A stretch of DNA of 63,613 bases, counting the filler, from Octopus bimaculoides (Eukaryota): NCBI RefSeq assembly GCF_001194135.2. It is 6 parts of 6 records of this genome, joined end to end, with 100 filler letters (N's around TTAATTAATTAA, not from the genome) between each part and the next. Parts side by side here need not be neighbours in the genome. Positions count along the whole stretch, not along the records: positions 16,903 to 36,454 come from NC_068997.1; positions 36,555 to 56,532 come from NC_068987.1; 4 more parts are not named here. One strand, given 5' to 3'. Both the position numbers and the translations under genes were made by a program. Below are positions 25,754 through 38,871 of the stretch, piece after piece. How positions within the stretch are numbered: the stretch's first letter is position 1; the number at the start of each line of letters is the position of its first letter. The notes under the pieces are model-generated. The model saw only the letters and a program-made list of their open reading frames with translations. It searched no databases and had not been told where the DNA came from.

Positions 25754-27266
25754 GTGGGTTTCTTTTATTTATTTTTTAAGCATTATCTTTTATTTCTTAA
25801 CCTCACCCCCACCCTCAGCCTCACATCATCCACTCACAACCTTTGCACCACACCCCAAATCCATGCTTATGCTTTAGTGTGCCTCTAAACTAGTGCTCTG
25901 CTAGTGAGCAAGCGCTGCATACAAACAAACTAACTAGACACACGTACGAAACAAGTAATAGTAATTTTTCCTGCGTTCATTTTTCTGGCCGCTATGCATT
26001 AACGGGTTAAGACACCGAATGGGCTTCTACACAGGGGAGATCACTCTGATGGACTGATAGGTGCCAAGGGAAACAACCCAATATGCAAACATTTTCGAAA
26101 ACGAAATTCTGCAGAGAAATCAAATTTTAGATCATTTTAGCAGTTTCAGAAGCAGTTAAAGGATCCAGAAGTATTATTTCAATCAAACACACCCATATTC
26201 TTAGCTCCGTTAATATTCAAAGGATTTCTGTTCATGATGATCCAGATTATGGAGACAATTTCGCTACTCGCTAATTTCCATATCAACTGCGACAAATAGA
26301 TAGAAATATGTACGTATGCATGTGTGTGTATACGTACGTGTGTATGTATGTATGTATGTATTCATGTACGTACTGACGAAAATATTTTCCTGAGACTGTA
26401 TACATACATACATTACAGATGCACGCACATACACACACACAGTCCTTCTTCCTCCTATGAATAAATATATTGATGTTCGTATGTATGCCATTACCCCTTA
26501 AATTATTTGCTACCACTTTCCACAATAGTAACAACACCTTATTCATTGAATAATGTAGTTCTAGATACAATGTATCGAGAAAAACTATGATGGAATGGCC
26601 GTGAATGGACCATCTATAATCATAAGTTCTTTCTGTTTTATTTATTAAGGATGATCTGGGTCTAAACAACTAGAAGCTGTACAGGGCAGGCCAAAAGTCA
26701 CACACCAAAACATATGGCATTTTATTTGAGTTACGATATCTTAATATATAAAACAGAGTTTTGTGTGTTTGTGTGTTTGTGTGTGTGCGCGCGTACATGC
26801 GCGTATGTTCCTCATGGAAAGCCAACCTCCGACTTGCGACTGAATTTGGTAGACGGAAACTGCAGCGTTGTTCATCAGAAAATGAGCAAAAAACATGTTT
26901 ATAAAGAAGAGTTGTTTGCTTCCTATTCCTTGTGTGCCAATTTTACTCATGAGAAAGAAACAAGTAATACAATAATTCTACCCATGAGAAAGAAACAAAT
27001 AATACAATGTGGCATCGCCGGGATGCATTGCTAGCTAATATTATTCTTTTTGTCCATAATGTATAAGTACATGTGTATTCATCATTATTTTATTTGTTTC
27101 ATTCAATTTTAGAAAAATCAATCCATGTCTTCAACAATTCCGGAGCGTATTGAACCTATTTTGTCCATGATTTTTGGCCCACCCCCCAGTATATTTCTTT
27201 CACAGCATTGCTGTGAAATCTGCCTCAGGTTTTAACAAATATTTTTTGTTTTATCTTCTTTTCCAG

Positions 27267-27560
27267 GCTGCTTTGTATGATATGCAATACCCTCTCTTTG
27301 CTAGCCTCATTGCTGGGTTCCTGGTCTTGCTGCCGATAGTTTGGCTGCCAGGAATAGCTCTCACCCGGCGCTTTGGAATGTTCAGATATGAACCAGAAAC
27401 AGCACCAATCGGTATGGAAGGAATCATTAGTTCCAGAACAGCATTTGTGGATGTCACAGACAATGCATCTGAATGTACAAATGGTAGAAAATCGGTGATA
27501 CATGCAACATCAGATGGAACAAGACTTGCAAAGCCGAGAAGTGGGGAAAATTTTGTATGA
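27267..27560 (+). CDS. SLC6 terminal coding exon (TM12 and C-tail) to TGA
   Basis: cttcttttccag|GCT acceptor (phase 0). AALYDMQYPLFASLIAGFLVLLPIVWLPGIALTRRFGMFRYEPETAP...KPRSGENFV*. YP motif before TM12. Phases chain correctly through all exons. Confidence 0.92.
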   Translation, partial: AALYDMQYPLFASLIAGFLVLLPIVWLPGIALTRRFGMFRYEPETAPIGMEGIISSRTAFVDVTDNASECTNGRKSVIHATSDGTRLAKPRSGENFV

Positions 27561-28102
27561 AACCATGATTTAATTTTTTTTTTTTTTTAATGTTTGTGTC
27601 TGCAGAAATTTGAACACAGCAAAATGACTTATTCTTATATTATTAATAGAAAAAAGAAATTCTCAAATAATGAAATGGATGATTCTAACTTTTGAACAAT
27701 TATGTGTATATATGAATGTATGTAAATGTAATGAGTGAATGTGTGCAGGAAAGAAAGATAGAGTGAGAGTGAGAGAGTGAGAGAGAGGGAGAGATAGAGT
27801 TGAAGTGTAACCGTATATCTTCAATATAAAGACTTGATTGTATATATAACTGTATATATGTATCTATATGCATATGGATGTGTTTATTGGTGGCAGTGTG
27901 TAAACACATTTATAAATGTGTGTGTGTGTGTATGAAAGGATGGTATGTAGACTATGGCATAGCAAGCATTTTCAGTGTCTGGGGTCAAAGACTCTTTTAG
28001 CACTTCCACCTTTTAAGTAACCAACATGACAGACCAGAAGAAACTTTACATCCTTTCCCTCCTGGGTCCAGAGGGAGAGGAGACTACTCTACCCACTCTC
28101 TT

Positions 28103-28168
<66 letters not shown>

Positions 28169-29428
28169 GTTATGCCTCTCTGTATAGACGTGTGCTCATG
28201 TAAAGAATTGCTCAAACGATAGTTGGTCTTCATTCATGTAAAATATATATATATATATATTTATAATTCCAAACTGAGAATTTTATACTGAACAAGCTCT
28301 GACGTTGGTTAGCAATGTTTTCTCTTATTTGGTTTGTAATTGTGCCAGAGATTGGTGTGTTTCTTGACAACAGCGAAGGGTTTCTCTCACCTTAGTTACT
28401 AACAGCTTCTGTGTCAAACTCCAATTAACATCATACATTAGTTTGGCTGCTAGTTTCTTGTGTCATGTCTGAGCTTGAAAACATTTTATAAGATTAAAAT
28501 GTGATAAATGGTTGATTTAATGAGTACCTGGCCTGAAGTACAACAAAGTTAATGAAAAATAATTTCTATCTATCATGGACNNNNNNNNNNNNNNNNNNNN
28601 NNNNNNNNNNNNNNNNNNNNNNNNNNNNNNNNNNNNNNNNNNNNNNNNNNNNNNNNNNNNNNNNNNNNNNNNNNNNNNNNNNNNNNNNNNNNNNNNNNNN
28701 NNNNNNNNNNNNNNNNNNNNNNNNNNNNNNNNNNNNNNNNNNNNNNNNNNNNNNNNNNNNNNNNNNNNNNNNNNNNNNNNNNNNNNNNNNNNNNNNNNNN
28801 NNNNNNNNNNNNNNNNNNNNNNNNNNNNNNNNNNNNNNNNNNNNNNNNNNNNNNNNNNNNNNNNNNNNNNNNNNNNNNNNNNNNNNNNNNNNNNNNNNNN
28901 NNNNNNNNNNNNNNNNNNNNNNNNNNNNNNNNNNNNNNNNNNNNNNNNNNNNNNNNNNNNNNNNNNNNNNNNNNNNNNNNNNNNNTTTGGCTGCTAGTTT
29001 CTTGTGTCATGTCTGAGCTTGAAAACATTTTATAAGATTAAAATGTGATAAATGGTTGATTTAATGAGTACCTGGCCTGAAGTACAACAAAGTTAATGAA
29101 AAATAATTTCTATCTATCATGGACAGTATGAAGTACACCATGTATAAGCATTATTTCTCTTTATAACCACCAAAATTGCTGACATATGTCTCACCTTTTT
29201 GACATGTTGATACAGAGCTGTTTAATTTTAGTAGCATTATGAAATTTTAAGTTTTGAATTACAAATAATTAATTTATATATGCGTAATTGCTTGGCCACT
29301 GGGTTCCCTATCAAATATATATGTGTGTGTGTACAGACAGCAGAGCTTGGTGCATTCTTTGAACTTGCCAGTTCCTGTCACACCATCCGACCCATGCCAG
29401 CATGGAAAACAGATGTTTAGTGACTATG

Positions 29429-29473
<45 letters not shown>

Positions 29474-30069
29474 ATATGAGAATGCTTGTGTAAATAGATA
29501 TCCATGAATGCCCTTGTTGATGATTCCTTTTAAAAAAAGAAACGTTCCTTCCCTTCTCATACAACATAACACTTACAAAGAATTATAAAGCATTCAGTGT
29601 TTCGAAATAATTCTTCACTAATCCCAAAGGACCCAGACACAAAAACACCTGTCAAAATTACCTTCAAAAGTGAAAGGGATTTNNNNNNNNNNNNNNNNNN
29701 NNNNNNNNNNNNNNNNNNNNNNNNNNNNNNNNNNNNNNNNNNNNNNNNNNNNNNNNNNNNNNNNNNNNNNNNNNNNNNNNNNNNNNNNNNNNNNNNNNNN
29801 NNNNNNNNNNNNNNNNNNNNNNNTATATATATGTACATATATACAAAAATATACATATATGTATACATACATATTCATATACATACGTGTGTAATATATG
29901 TGACCACATGACCTACCAGATTTTCAGATGTTGTTACGCATCACTGGCCACAATACACTTTGCCACTAGGCCACATACCAGCATATATATATATATATAC
30001 ACACACACACATACGTATATATAGACACACACACATATGTATATTTATATATATATATATAGATATATA

Positions 30070-30116
<47 letters not shown>

Positions 30117-30143
30117 NNNNNNNNNNTATACATATACATATAC

Positions 30144-30202
<59 letters not shown>

Positions 30203-30861
30203 CATAAATATACAGGGTACTCACAAAGTCTGGGTACATGGGGATTAACACATACTTTAAGAAATTTTTATTTCTTATATTTAATTGTTTATGTTATGAT
30301 TTTATTTACACCATGTACCCAGACCTTGTGGACACCTTGTATATATATTTATATATATATATAAGTGCACAAGTACTTGTACACATACTCACATACATAC
30401 ATACAGGCATACACATACACACACATGTATATATATTTCTTCAGTTTTGTCTCCCTTTTATTTTCTAAGTTTTTCTCCATTGTTTTTCATGGCATTTGTT
30501 AATTCTTCCTCACATTCAAATTAGTTATTCATGTTATTACATTTTTATAACAATCAAAAAAAAAAAAAGTATTTCCATGTTATATTGTTATATCTCTTTT
30601 TTTTTTTATTCTATATTTAACATTGATATCAGTTGTTTTCTGCCATATTTTTTTTTCATTTAACAATTAATACAAAAAGTACATTTGTTTTTGTTTTTTT
30701 TTGGTTCCTTCTTTTTTGATGCTGTATAAAAATCCTCAGTAGTTCTCTTACAAATCATCTCCAAATTTTCTATCACATTTGTAGACAAAGAACAGAGGGT
30801 GGAGTGTAAGATTTCTCTACAAATGAGTTTCATAATCTAGTTGTTATTTTTATTATATAAC

Positions 30862-31137
30862 ATGGTGAGCTGGCAAAAATCATTATATGCCGGGCAAAAT
30901 CGTTAGCATGCCAGACAAAATGGCTTACCAGCATTTCATCCGTCTTTACATTCAGAGTTTAAATTCCATTGTGGTCCACTTTGCCTTTAATCCTTTCAAG
31001 ATCAATAAAATAAATACCAGTCAAGCACTGCGGTGGATGTAATCGATCATCCCCCTCTCCCAAAATTGCTGGCCTGGTGCCAAAACTTGAAACCATCATC
31101 ATTATTATCATCATTATTATTATCATTATTATTATTA

Positions 31138-31171
<34 letters not shown>

Positions 31172-32116
31172 CTAAGGTGGTGAGGTGGCAGAATTGTTAG
31201 AATGTTGGGCGAAATGCTTCATGGTATTTCATCTGCTGCTACGTTCTGAGTTCAAATTCCACTGAGGTCAACTTTGCCTTTCATCCTTTCGGGGGTCGAT
31301 GAAATAAGTACTAGCTACGCACTGGGGTCGATGTAATCGATTAGCCCCCTTCCCAAAAGAAAATTTTCAAGGCCTTGTGCCTAGAGTAGAAATAATAATA
31401 ATAATAATAATAATAATTATTATTATTATTATCATTATTATTAAGGCGGCAACCTGGCCAAATCATTAGCAATAGCAGGTGAAATGCTTAGTGGTATTTT
31501 GTCTGCTGCTACATTCCGAGTTCAAATTCCAGTGAGGTTGACTTTGCTTTTCATCCTTTCAGGGTCAATAAATTAATTCCCAGCAAAAGACTGGGGTCGA
31601 TGTAATCAACTAATCCTCTCCTCTGTAACTTAAAAGCTTTCAGTCTTGATAAAAAAAAAGAATGATTGAGGAAAAATTGGTTTTATCAGAAGGATGGCTC
31701 TGGAGGTGTGTGAGACGGTGGAAGTAGACAGTTGGACCAATATCTGCACAAGATTATCGTTCAGTTTTGTCCCTCTGCATTTTACTTCAAGGATCACCTT
31801 ATCTATTCATTGTTCTAGCATTAAGAAGTATTTTGTACTGGATTCAAGTGTAAGCAAGGGTGTGGGTGGGTACTTCTCAAGATATTTACTCATTGTTCCC
31901 AGGGCTCCGACAATTATTGGTATTACTTCCACCTTTTTCATTGACCACAACTGCTTAACCTCCCAAGCTAACCTGTCACATCTATCGACTTTTCTTTCTT
32001 CCTTATCAAATACCTTGTTGTCAACTGGGCATGGTATATCTATGATCCAGCATAGTTTGCTTTCTTTCTCCATTAAGACTAGGTCTGGCTTCCTATTCTC
32101 TATCTCATGGTCGCAC

Positions 32117-32156
<40 letters not shown>

Positions 32157-33385
32157 TCATTAACCATCAAAAGGCAATGAGCTGGCAGAATCCTTAGCCT
32201 AACAGGTGAAATGCTTAGTGGCATTTTGTCCTTCCTTAAATTCTGAGTTCAAATTCTGTTGAAGTCAGCTTTGCCTTTCATCCTTTCAGGGTCAATAAAA
32301 TAAGTACCAGCTGAGTACTGGGGGTCAGTGTAATTGACTCACTCCATCTCCCATGAAATTTCTGGCCTTGTGCCAAAATTTGAAACCATTATTATTTGTC
32401 ATTGAGCTGGTGGCGATTGTATTTTTATTCTCCGGTGGAGTCCTTAGATTGTCAGAGTGCCTTGCAGTATTAAGTTATGATCTTTTATGTTCTGAGTTCA
32501 AATCCAGCTAAGGTTAGCTTTGCCCTTTCATCCAAATAAGTTCTAATCAAGAATTGGGTCAGGAATGGGGCGGGGGGGTCTATATAATTAACTGCTTTTG
32601 CTCCACAGTCTCTGCTCTTCTGCTTCTGTACCAAATTTACTGTTATTACAATCTGCAGAATCGGCAGAATTGGGAGAACAAAACAAAAACAAAACAAAAA
32701 AACATATCTTTTGAAATATATAGTTTATGTTGTGTGTTCAAATCTTGCCAGGGACAACATTTTAATTCATACTTCTGGGGATGGTAATGTTAAGTACTTG
32801 TCAGATTCTGGTGCCAGTCTAATTAACTATACCCCACCACCACCACCACCACTCACACCTTAAAGTGTATGTCTTTCTGCTTATGTCTAGAATCATCATT
32901 CTTATTGAGGCTGCAAGTCTGCAGAATGGTTAGCATGTTGGACAAAATGCTTTGTCGCATCTTTACGTTCTGAGTTCAAATTCTGTTGAGGTTGACTTTG
33001 CCTTTCATCCTTTTGGATGGGAGTCAATGAAATATAAGTACCAGCTGAGCACTAAGGTAGGTATAACTGACTAGCCTTCACCCTAAAACTTCAAGCCTTG
33101 TTACTATAGTACTCATCACCATCACCATCATCATCATCATCATCATTATTATCATCGTAATCAGAGAGCTGAATTATTACCAAGGGTGACTGAGTGGCAG
33201 AAGTGTTAAGAGTATCAAACGAAATATTTTGCCGTATTCAACTATGGCTCTTTGTGTTATGATTTCAATTCTCATACCTTTCACCTCTACAAGGTTGATA
33301 GAATAAAGTACCAGTGAGGTACTGGGGCTGAGATAATTGAATACCCCCTCCCCCAACTCCCTCAAAATATTTGTGCCGAATCTGA
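30862..33385 (+). repeat. Cluster of about 8 same-orientation SINE family A copies spaced by (ATT/ATC)n
   Basis: Heads near 30862, 31174, 31443, 32172, 32400 (partial), 32650 (degenerate), 32905 and 33184. Confidence 0.8.
31790..32120 (-). mobile_element. Non-LTR retrotransposon C-terminal restriction-like endonuclease fragment (R4/Dong/NeSL-type)
   Basis: NRKPDLVLMEKESKLCWIIDIPCPVDNKVFDKEERKVDRCDRLAWEVKQLWSMKKVEVIPIIVGALG shows the PD..D motif, KE.EK...Y-like motif and P...GALG. Confidence 0.8.
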
Positions 33386-34129
33386 GAGATTTAGAAATGT
33401 ATGATTTCTATGTCCAAAGTTATCCCAACTGTAGAAATAAAGAACTGACTCACTCCTTAATTAAAAATTTCAGAGTTATCTCCCCCTGCCTTTTTTATTT
33501 TAAGAGAAATGAATGTGTGTGTGTGTGTGTTGATAAAGATTTCACTAAGACAAAGTGATACTAATAATTTGGTGGTAGTACTCAACATACATTTGCTTCA
33601 GAATAAAATGCTGGCCAAGTACAGAGCATAATATAAAATTCAATAAATAACTGTGGAACATGAAATTAGGCAATGAGCTTCTTCTATGTTAGATAAATAC
33701 TACCATACATTGATACTGTGTGTACTAAGATCTTCATTGACAGATTACTGACATGTACTTAGTTACTTAGGTCAAGTCTCTCAATTTGGATGGTAAAAGT
33801 TGTGATATCACTTTGGTGCAGTAGTTAGCTCGGCTATACAGCTTACAGCAGATTACAACATTCAGATCTTCTTTGCTGGTTTCTATATTAGCTATATTAT
33901 TTTATTCTGAAAACGAGGGGCAATAGTTATGTATTGCTTGTGAGCATGATGCATAGAGTTACATATGTATTTTCATATGTATAGTGACTCACTGTGTATT
34001 GATGCTGTCATGACCCCCTTCCAGGATGTGACTATCATAAATATTCTCGCTGTCAGTATCATCATTGTCATCGTCATTGATATAATATTTATCTCATTGT
34101 TTATATCTTCCAGTCACCTCTGTCCTTAA

Positions 34130-34720
34130 GGCAAGACTAATTATACCTCAGATTTCAGATAGCAAAATCTCTGAAAAATAGCAAACGATGTGCCTCTGGG
34201 CGTTATTAGACTGTGCAAAACTGCAAATATTTCACTAAAATGTGGAAATTATCCTTGTGTAGTTGGGCATTGTTGTTAAATCAACCATTTCCAGCGTTTT
34301 TTTTGCATTTTTCTCAAAATGTCATTTCAGATTATGAGTAGTGATCTTTAGGTCACGATATCTCTGAGAATAATTGATATAATAGGCTGAAATTTTGCAT
34401 GTGTATTACTTTGATAGTTGCCTAGATGTTGTTTTAGTGTGATTAGATATGCTTCATTTGTTCATCTTCCAGAGACACTTGAATGCTACTACAAAGGGGT
34501 GAAAAACACTTGAACTGCTGCATATGGCTATGAGTGACCCCACAACGAAATCTAGGCCAACTTCATCAATGTCTTTGGTCCAGCATCTAGTCTGTACCCC
34601 AATAGGACTAACATTGTTCTTGATGTATGCCATATTTGGTTTGCCTAGGTTTTATTCCCGCTGAGTGAGAGCATCTTCAATTTAGGGGTGTTTTCCTACG
34701 TCTGAGGTGTTAGTCTTGCC
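34130..34720. mobile_element. Non-autonomous TIR element, Kolobok-like
   Basis: TTAA|GGCAAGACTAA..ACCTCAGA ... TCTGAGGTGTTAGTCTTGCC|GTAA. About 25-bp TIRs with GG...CC termini and TTAA/(G)TAA flanks. Confidence 0.6.
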
Positions 34721-36407
34721 GTAAGGCAAATATTTCTTGATGAGATATCATTAAATGTCCCAGTTTGTGTGTGAATGTGTTTGTACAGACATACCACAAG
34801 TGAATAAATGCACATTGGTGTATGCATTACAAGTAAAAAGTATTCAATACAAGCTGAAAGGTGAAACTCAGAAATTACATTCATAAATTTTCAGCGACTT
34901 TTATTAAATTTATATACAAGGCAAGATGTATAAATTTACGGAATTATTGTGTTTTCACAGCATGAAACTATTGGTAGCTCACATTTAAATACTGTGGATA
35001 TTAAATGACATTTATCTTTCACGGGATGGCGTATATTTTTTTTTGTTCATCCTACAAATAACAGAACAGAACTACACACACACACACGCACACAGACACA
35101 GACACATGTGTATGTGTGTATATATGTATGTATATATATATATNNNNNNNNNNNNNNNNNNNNNNNNNNNNNNNNNNNNNNNNNNNNNNNNNNNNNNNNN
35201 NNNNNNNNNNNNNNNNNNNNNNNNNNNNNNNNNNNNNNNNNNNNNNNNNNNNNNNNNNNNNNNNNNNNNNNNNNNNNNNNNNNNNNNNNNNNNNNNNNNN
35301 NNNNNNNNNNNNNNNNNNNNNNNNNNNNNNNNNNNNNNNNNNNNNNNNNNNNNNNNNNNNNNNNNNNNNNNNNNNNNNNNNNNNNNNNNNNNNNNNNNNN
35401 NNNNNNNNNNNNNNNNNNNNNNNNNNNNNNNNNNNNNNNNNNNNNNNNNNNNNNNNNNNNNNNNNNNNNNNNNNNNNNNNNNNNNNNNNNNNNNNNNNNN
35501 NNNNNNNNNNNTATATATATATAGATAGATAGATAGATAGATATAGGTAGATAGATAGATAGATATACACACATACATACATATATATAAATACTATATT
35601 TATGTCTTTATATATATATGTGTGTGTCTGTGTGTATGTGTCTGTATATATATACACACACACACACACATGATCAACTATTTTAATGTTTGTGTTGAAA
35701 GGGATAACAGATGAACATTAAAAATATTGATGGCTCTTTCTACAACTCCTTATATACGCTGTGTGCATATGTGTATACATATACATACAATATGCAATCA
35801 CAAAAAGAAGTAATATATTTTTGTGCTTTTGTCAATAAAACTGACCTTTAATTAAATTAAATTAACTCTTTCATCCTGTTAATGCGTCTAAGTTCACCTT
35901 TAGTCAAAATGAGCCTGTGAATACTTTCTTTTTTTTTTTTTTTTACGAATACTGATCAAGAGTAAATATTATAAAACTACAATTTCAAAATTAAATATTG
36001 AGGTTTTGGACACCCTTTGTGAATATTACAGATTTTTTTATTTTTAAGATAAATGTAAGGTGCTTATGCATGCATTAGTGTACAGAGTTATGCTTGAGTG
36101 TATATGAGGGTCATCTTATGCATAGAATTATGTCAAAAGTGGCTGAGTATTGGTGATGTAGAGTTAGTGTGACATTGCATTCTCAAGGCTTAACTCTGCC
36201 CTTTTGAATTACGAGTATATTCCTTTTAATGGGCTTCCAAATACTTTCTGTCAGGCTGATTTTACTCGTCAGGTTTCTGTTAAGTCTGAGGTTTTGGAAG
36301 AAGACATTTCTTGGCAGAAGCATTGCACTCTAAGATTTGATCTGGGACTTCAAGATTGCTAGGGAAACTTTTTAACCATTCACTCACACACATGATTGTA
36401 CCTGCAT

Positions 36408-36454
<47 letters not shown>

Positions 36455-36556
36455 NNNNNNNNNNNNNNNNNNNNNNNNNNNNNNNNNNNNNNNNNNNNTT
36501 AATTAATTAANNNNNNNNNNNNNNNNNNNNNNNNNNNNNNNNNNNNNNNNNNNNAG

Positions 36557-36714
36557 GCCCCAGGATATTGAAAGGTCTGTCAGCTTAACATGATCACGGA
36601 CCCCCAGTACTACTTTTGCGGACCCCCAGGGTTCTGCGGACCCCCAGGGTTCTGCGGACCCCCAGGGTTCTGCGGACCCCCAGGGTTCTGCGGACCACAG
36701 GTTGGGAACCACTG
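36557..36714 (-). mobile_element. hAT (Buster/Charlie-type) element end with 18-nt subterminal repeats
   Basis: Terminus GTTGGGAACCACTG (reverse complement CAGTGGTTCCCAAC), flanked by TTCTAGAG (nnnTAnnn). Four perfect GCGGACCCCCAGGGTTCT units at 36618-36689. The other end is in a gap. Confidence 0.75.
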
Positions 36715-37233
36715 TTCTAGAGGCTTTCAACACCTTGTCCAAGACCGAAGACTACCCGTCTCAGTAACCAGCTTAACTCCAGACTTTTAGGGCATCGTGT
36801 TTCTTGAGTGCATCTGTTGTCTTGTAGTTGATCTCTCGGATAAAGGATCACGCTTGTATCTTGACCCCACCTCCCACAAGTTAAAGAAATATCAAATACG
36901 CATGCATACATACATACATACATACATACATACATACATACATACATACATACATTGTATGTATGTATGTATGTATGTATATCAGTATTCAGTTTATTGC
37001 CAATAGAGAAAGAATTGGTTTCTAACCTAGATCCAAAGTTCCTTCACTGGAATTTCAACATCAACAACAGAGTATTTTTGTCTGTTTGTTTGTTTGTATG
37101 TATGTATGTATGCATGTACGTATATATGTATGTGTAGATTTGTATGTTTTATGTATGTATTCTCATGCATATAGTTGCATATCTAGACATGCTCATATAT
37201 ATTTAAATTTTAAACTTCTGGAAAGTTTTACAG

Positions 37234-37312
37234 ATTTTTACAGTTCCAGTTATGGATTGGATCTGTAGTCTTCGAATTAGCTTTCTCCTCTCTGGTTTTG
37301 AGAAACCTAATT
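37234..37312 (+). CDS. Candidate upstream exon of the ETS gene (tentative)
   Basis: Unique island between TATG microsatellites: tttacag|ATT...AATT|gtatgt. The open frame IFTVPVMDWICSLRISFLLSGFEKPN ends in phase 1, compatible with the phase-1 ETS acceptor. No recognisable domain. Confidence 0.22.
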
Positions 37313-37564
37313 GTATGTACGTATGTACGTATGTACGTATGTACGTATGTACGTATGTATTTATGTATGTATGTACGTATGTATGTATGTATGTATGTAT
37401 GTATGTATGTATGTATGTATTAATGTTTGCTTTTATGTTCAGTTATAATAATAACAATTTTACATTAATCTGAAAGGTTACTCTATACTTTTGTAGAGTA
37501 CAAATTTATTATTCTGAAACAAAAATGTTATTGCCAATGACTTCAACGTTTCGGCCTGCCAAAC

Positions 37565-37607
37565 CAGTCCGACGATGGCTAAGCTGGCCGAAAATTCGAA
37601 GTCACTG
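37565..37607 (+). ncRNA. Minimal type I hammerhead-ribozyme-like motif (variant core)
   Basis: CAGT-CCGACGA-tGGCTAagcTGGCC-GAAA-aTTCGAA-GTC-ACTG. Stem I is CAGT/ACTG, with a GUC triplet. U4 is C and position 15.2 is mismatched. Confidence 0.4.
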
Positions 37608-38010
37608 TCAATAATGTTGTTGCCGAATATGAAGGGATAATTGCGAGAGGTATCAACTGTCAGGTGGAGTGTATACGTAAAACGAGAAGTTGGAGGAGAA
37701 CTGTTTGTGGTCGCTCAACCGGATGGAGTGAGAACTCAATTTTCTTTCATATCATACTCAACTGTCTTTTGTTTTTTTTTAATAAAAAAAAGAGGATGTG
37801 GTGGGTCAGAACACATTAGATAATTTATTTTTAGATGCACAATGCTGAAATAAAGAAAAAAAATACAGCAAGAAGGAAACAACATTCATATTCCCAAAAT
37901 TATTGGTTTGTCATCAAGAACTGTTTTGTGAGAAGAAACGAGAAAGGTGTTGCACAATGAAACTCGTTTGACTAGTTTTATTTGTATCACTTATATTTTA
38001 ACTGTATATT

Positions 38011-38046
<36 letters not shown>

Positions 38047-38060
38047 TCTACTTATTTCAG

Positions 38061-38253
38061 TGAAGAATCAGTTACTGTGGGAATTCCTGTATGATGCGCT
38101 GAAAAACCCTGGCTACAATCCACGATTCCTAAAATGGGAAAACGAAGTGGAAGGAATCTTTCGATTTGTCCAATCAGAAATGATGGCTAATGTTTGGGGG
38201 GAACTTAAGAACAATGAGAACATGAACTACGAAAAACTCAGCAGAGCTATGAG
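38061..38253 (+). CDS. ETS-domain transcription factor (ESE/ELF3/EHF-like), first ETS exon
   Basis: cttatttcag|TG acceptor (phase 1) and ATGAG|gtgtgt donor. KNQLLWEFLYDALKNPGYNPRFLKWENEVEGIFRFVQSEMMANVWGELKNNENMNYEKLSRAMR contains the LWEF, KW..EG.FRF, WG..KN..MNYEKLSRAMR motifs. Confidence 0.96.
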
Positions 38254-38261
38254 GTGTGTAA

Positions 38262-38321
<60 letters not shown>

Positions 38322-38871
38322 GTTAGTGAGAGAGTAGCTCATGCCATCAAAGTAACACTGGGGTAAAATATACGAAACCCAATATACTCATCATGACTAC
38401 CCGTTTGATAAGGGTACACCAAGCAAATGCATCACAACCATATGTGCGCCACATGGTAATCTCATATCAAGATAAACAGCACATGACCTTGCAGGTGGGG
38501 GCCCAGTTAGAATTTTTTTCAGGTCGAGTAGCCCATCCCACTCAAAAGGTCCTTGAGTGAGGTTTGGTTAAGGATGGTGAATGAAACGCCTATGTTTCCA
38601 GAGGTGAATTATTCAAACCACAAAAAATTGCTCTCAACACATGGCTATGGTGCACCCCCACTACTTCTGCTCATAATCAGAGACGCACATATCGTCAGCC
38701 ACCAAGGGACATGCTCATTAAGCGACATGGTTTAAGTCAAGCAAGTGACAAGTAAATCGGTGGTATTGAGCAGAATATTTGCTGTAACCCATCTTTTATA
38801 CCAAGACAAAATATGTACGTGATAACACTTCCAATCAGTTAAGATCAAAAGCCATGAGAGCCTCTGCCTGA

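Noticed and set aside
27546-27560. C-terminal PDZ ligand (ENFV)
   Set aside because: Asn at position -2 fits no standard class well.
28441-29125. Exact repeat of about 140 nt on both sides of a gap (similar cases at 52300/52820, 5000/5078, 62241/62291)
   Set aside because: Unmerged contig overlaps are the simplest explanation, not biological duplication.
36618-36698. CRISPR-like array
   Set aside because: The repeats have no spacers, lie within an hAT end, and the context is eukaryotic with no cas genes.
38330-38870. Block resembling a common octopod interspersed repeat
   Set aside because: Single copy in this window and recognised only from memory, so it cannot be classified from the sequence alone.
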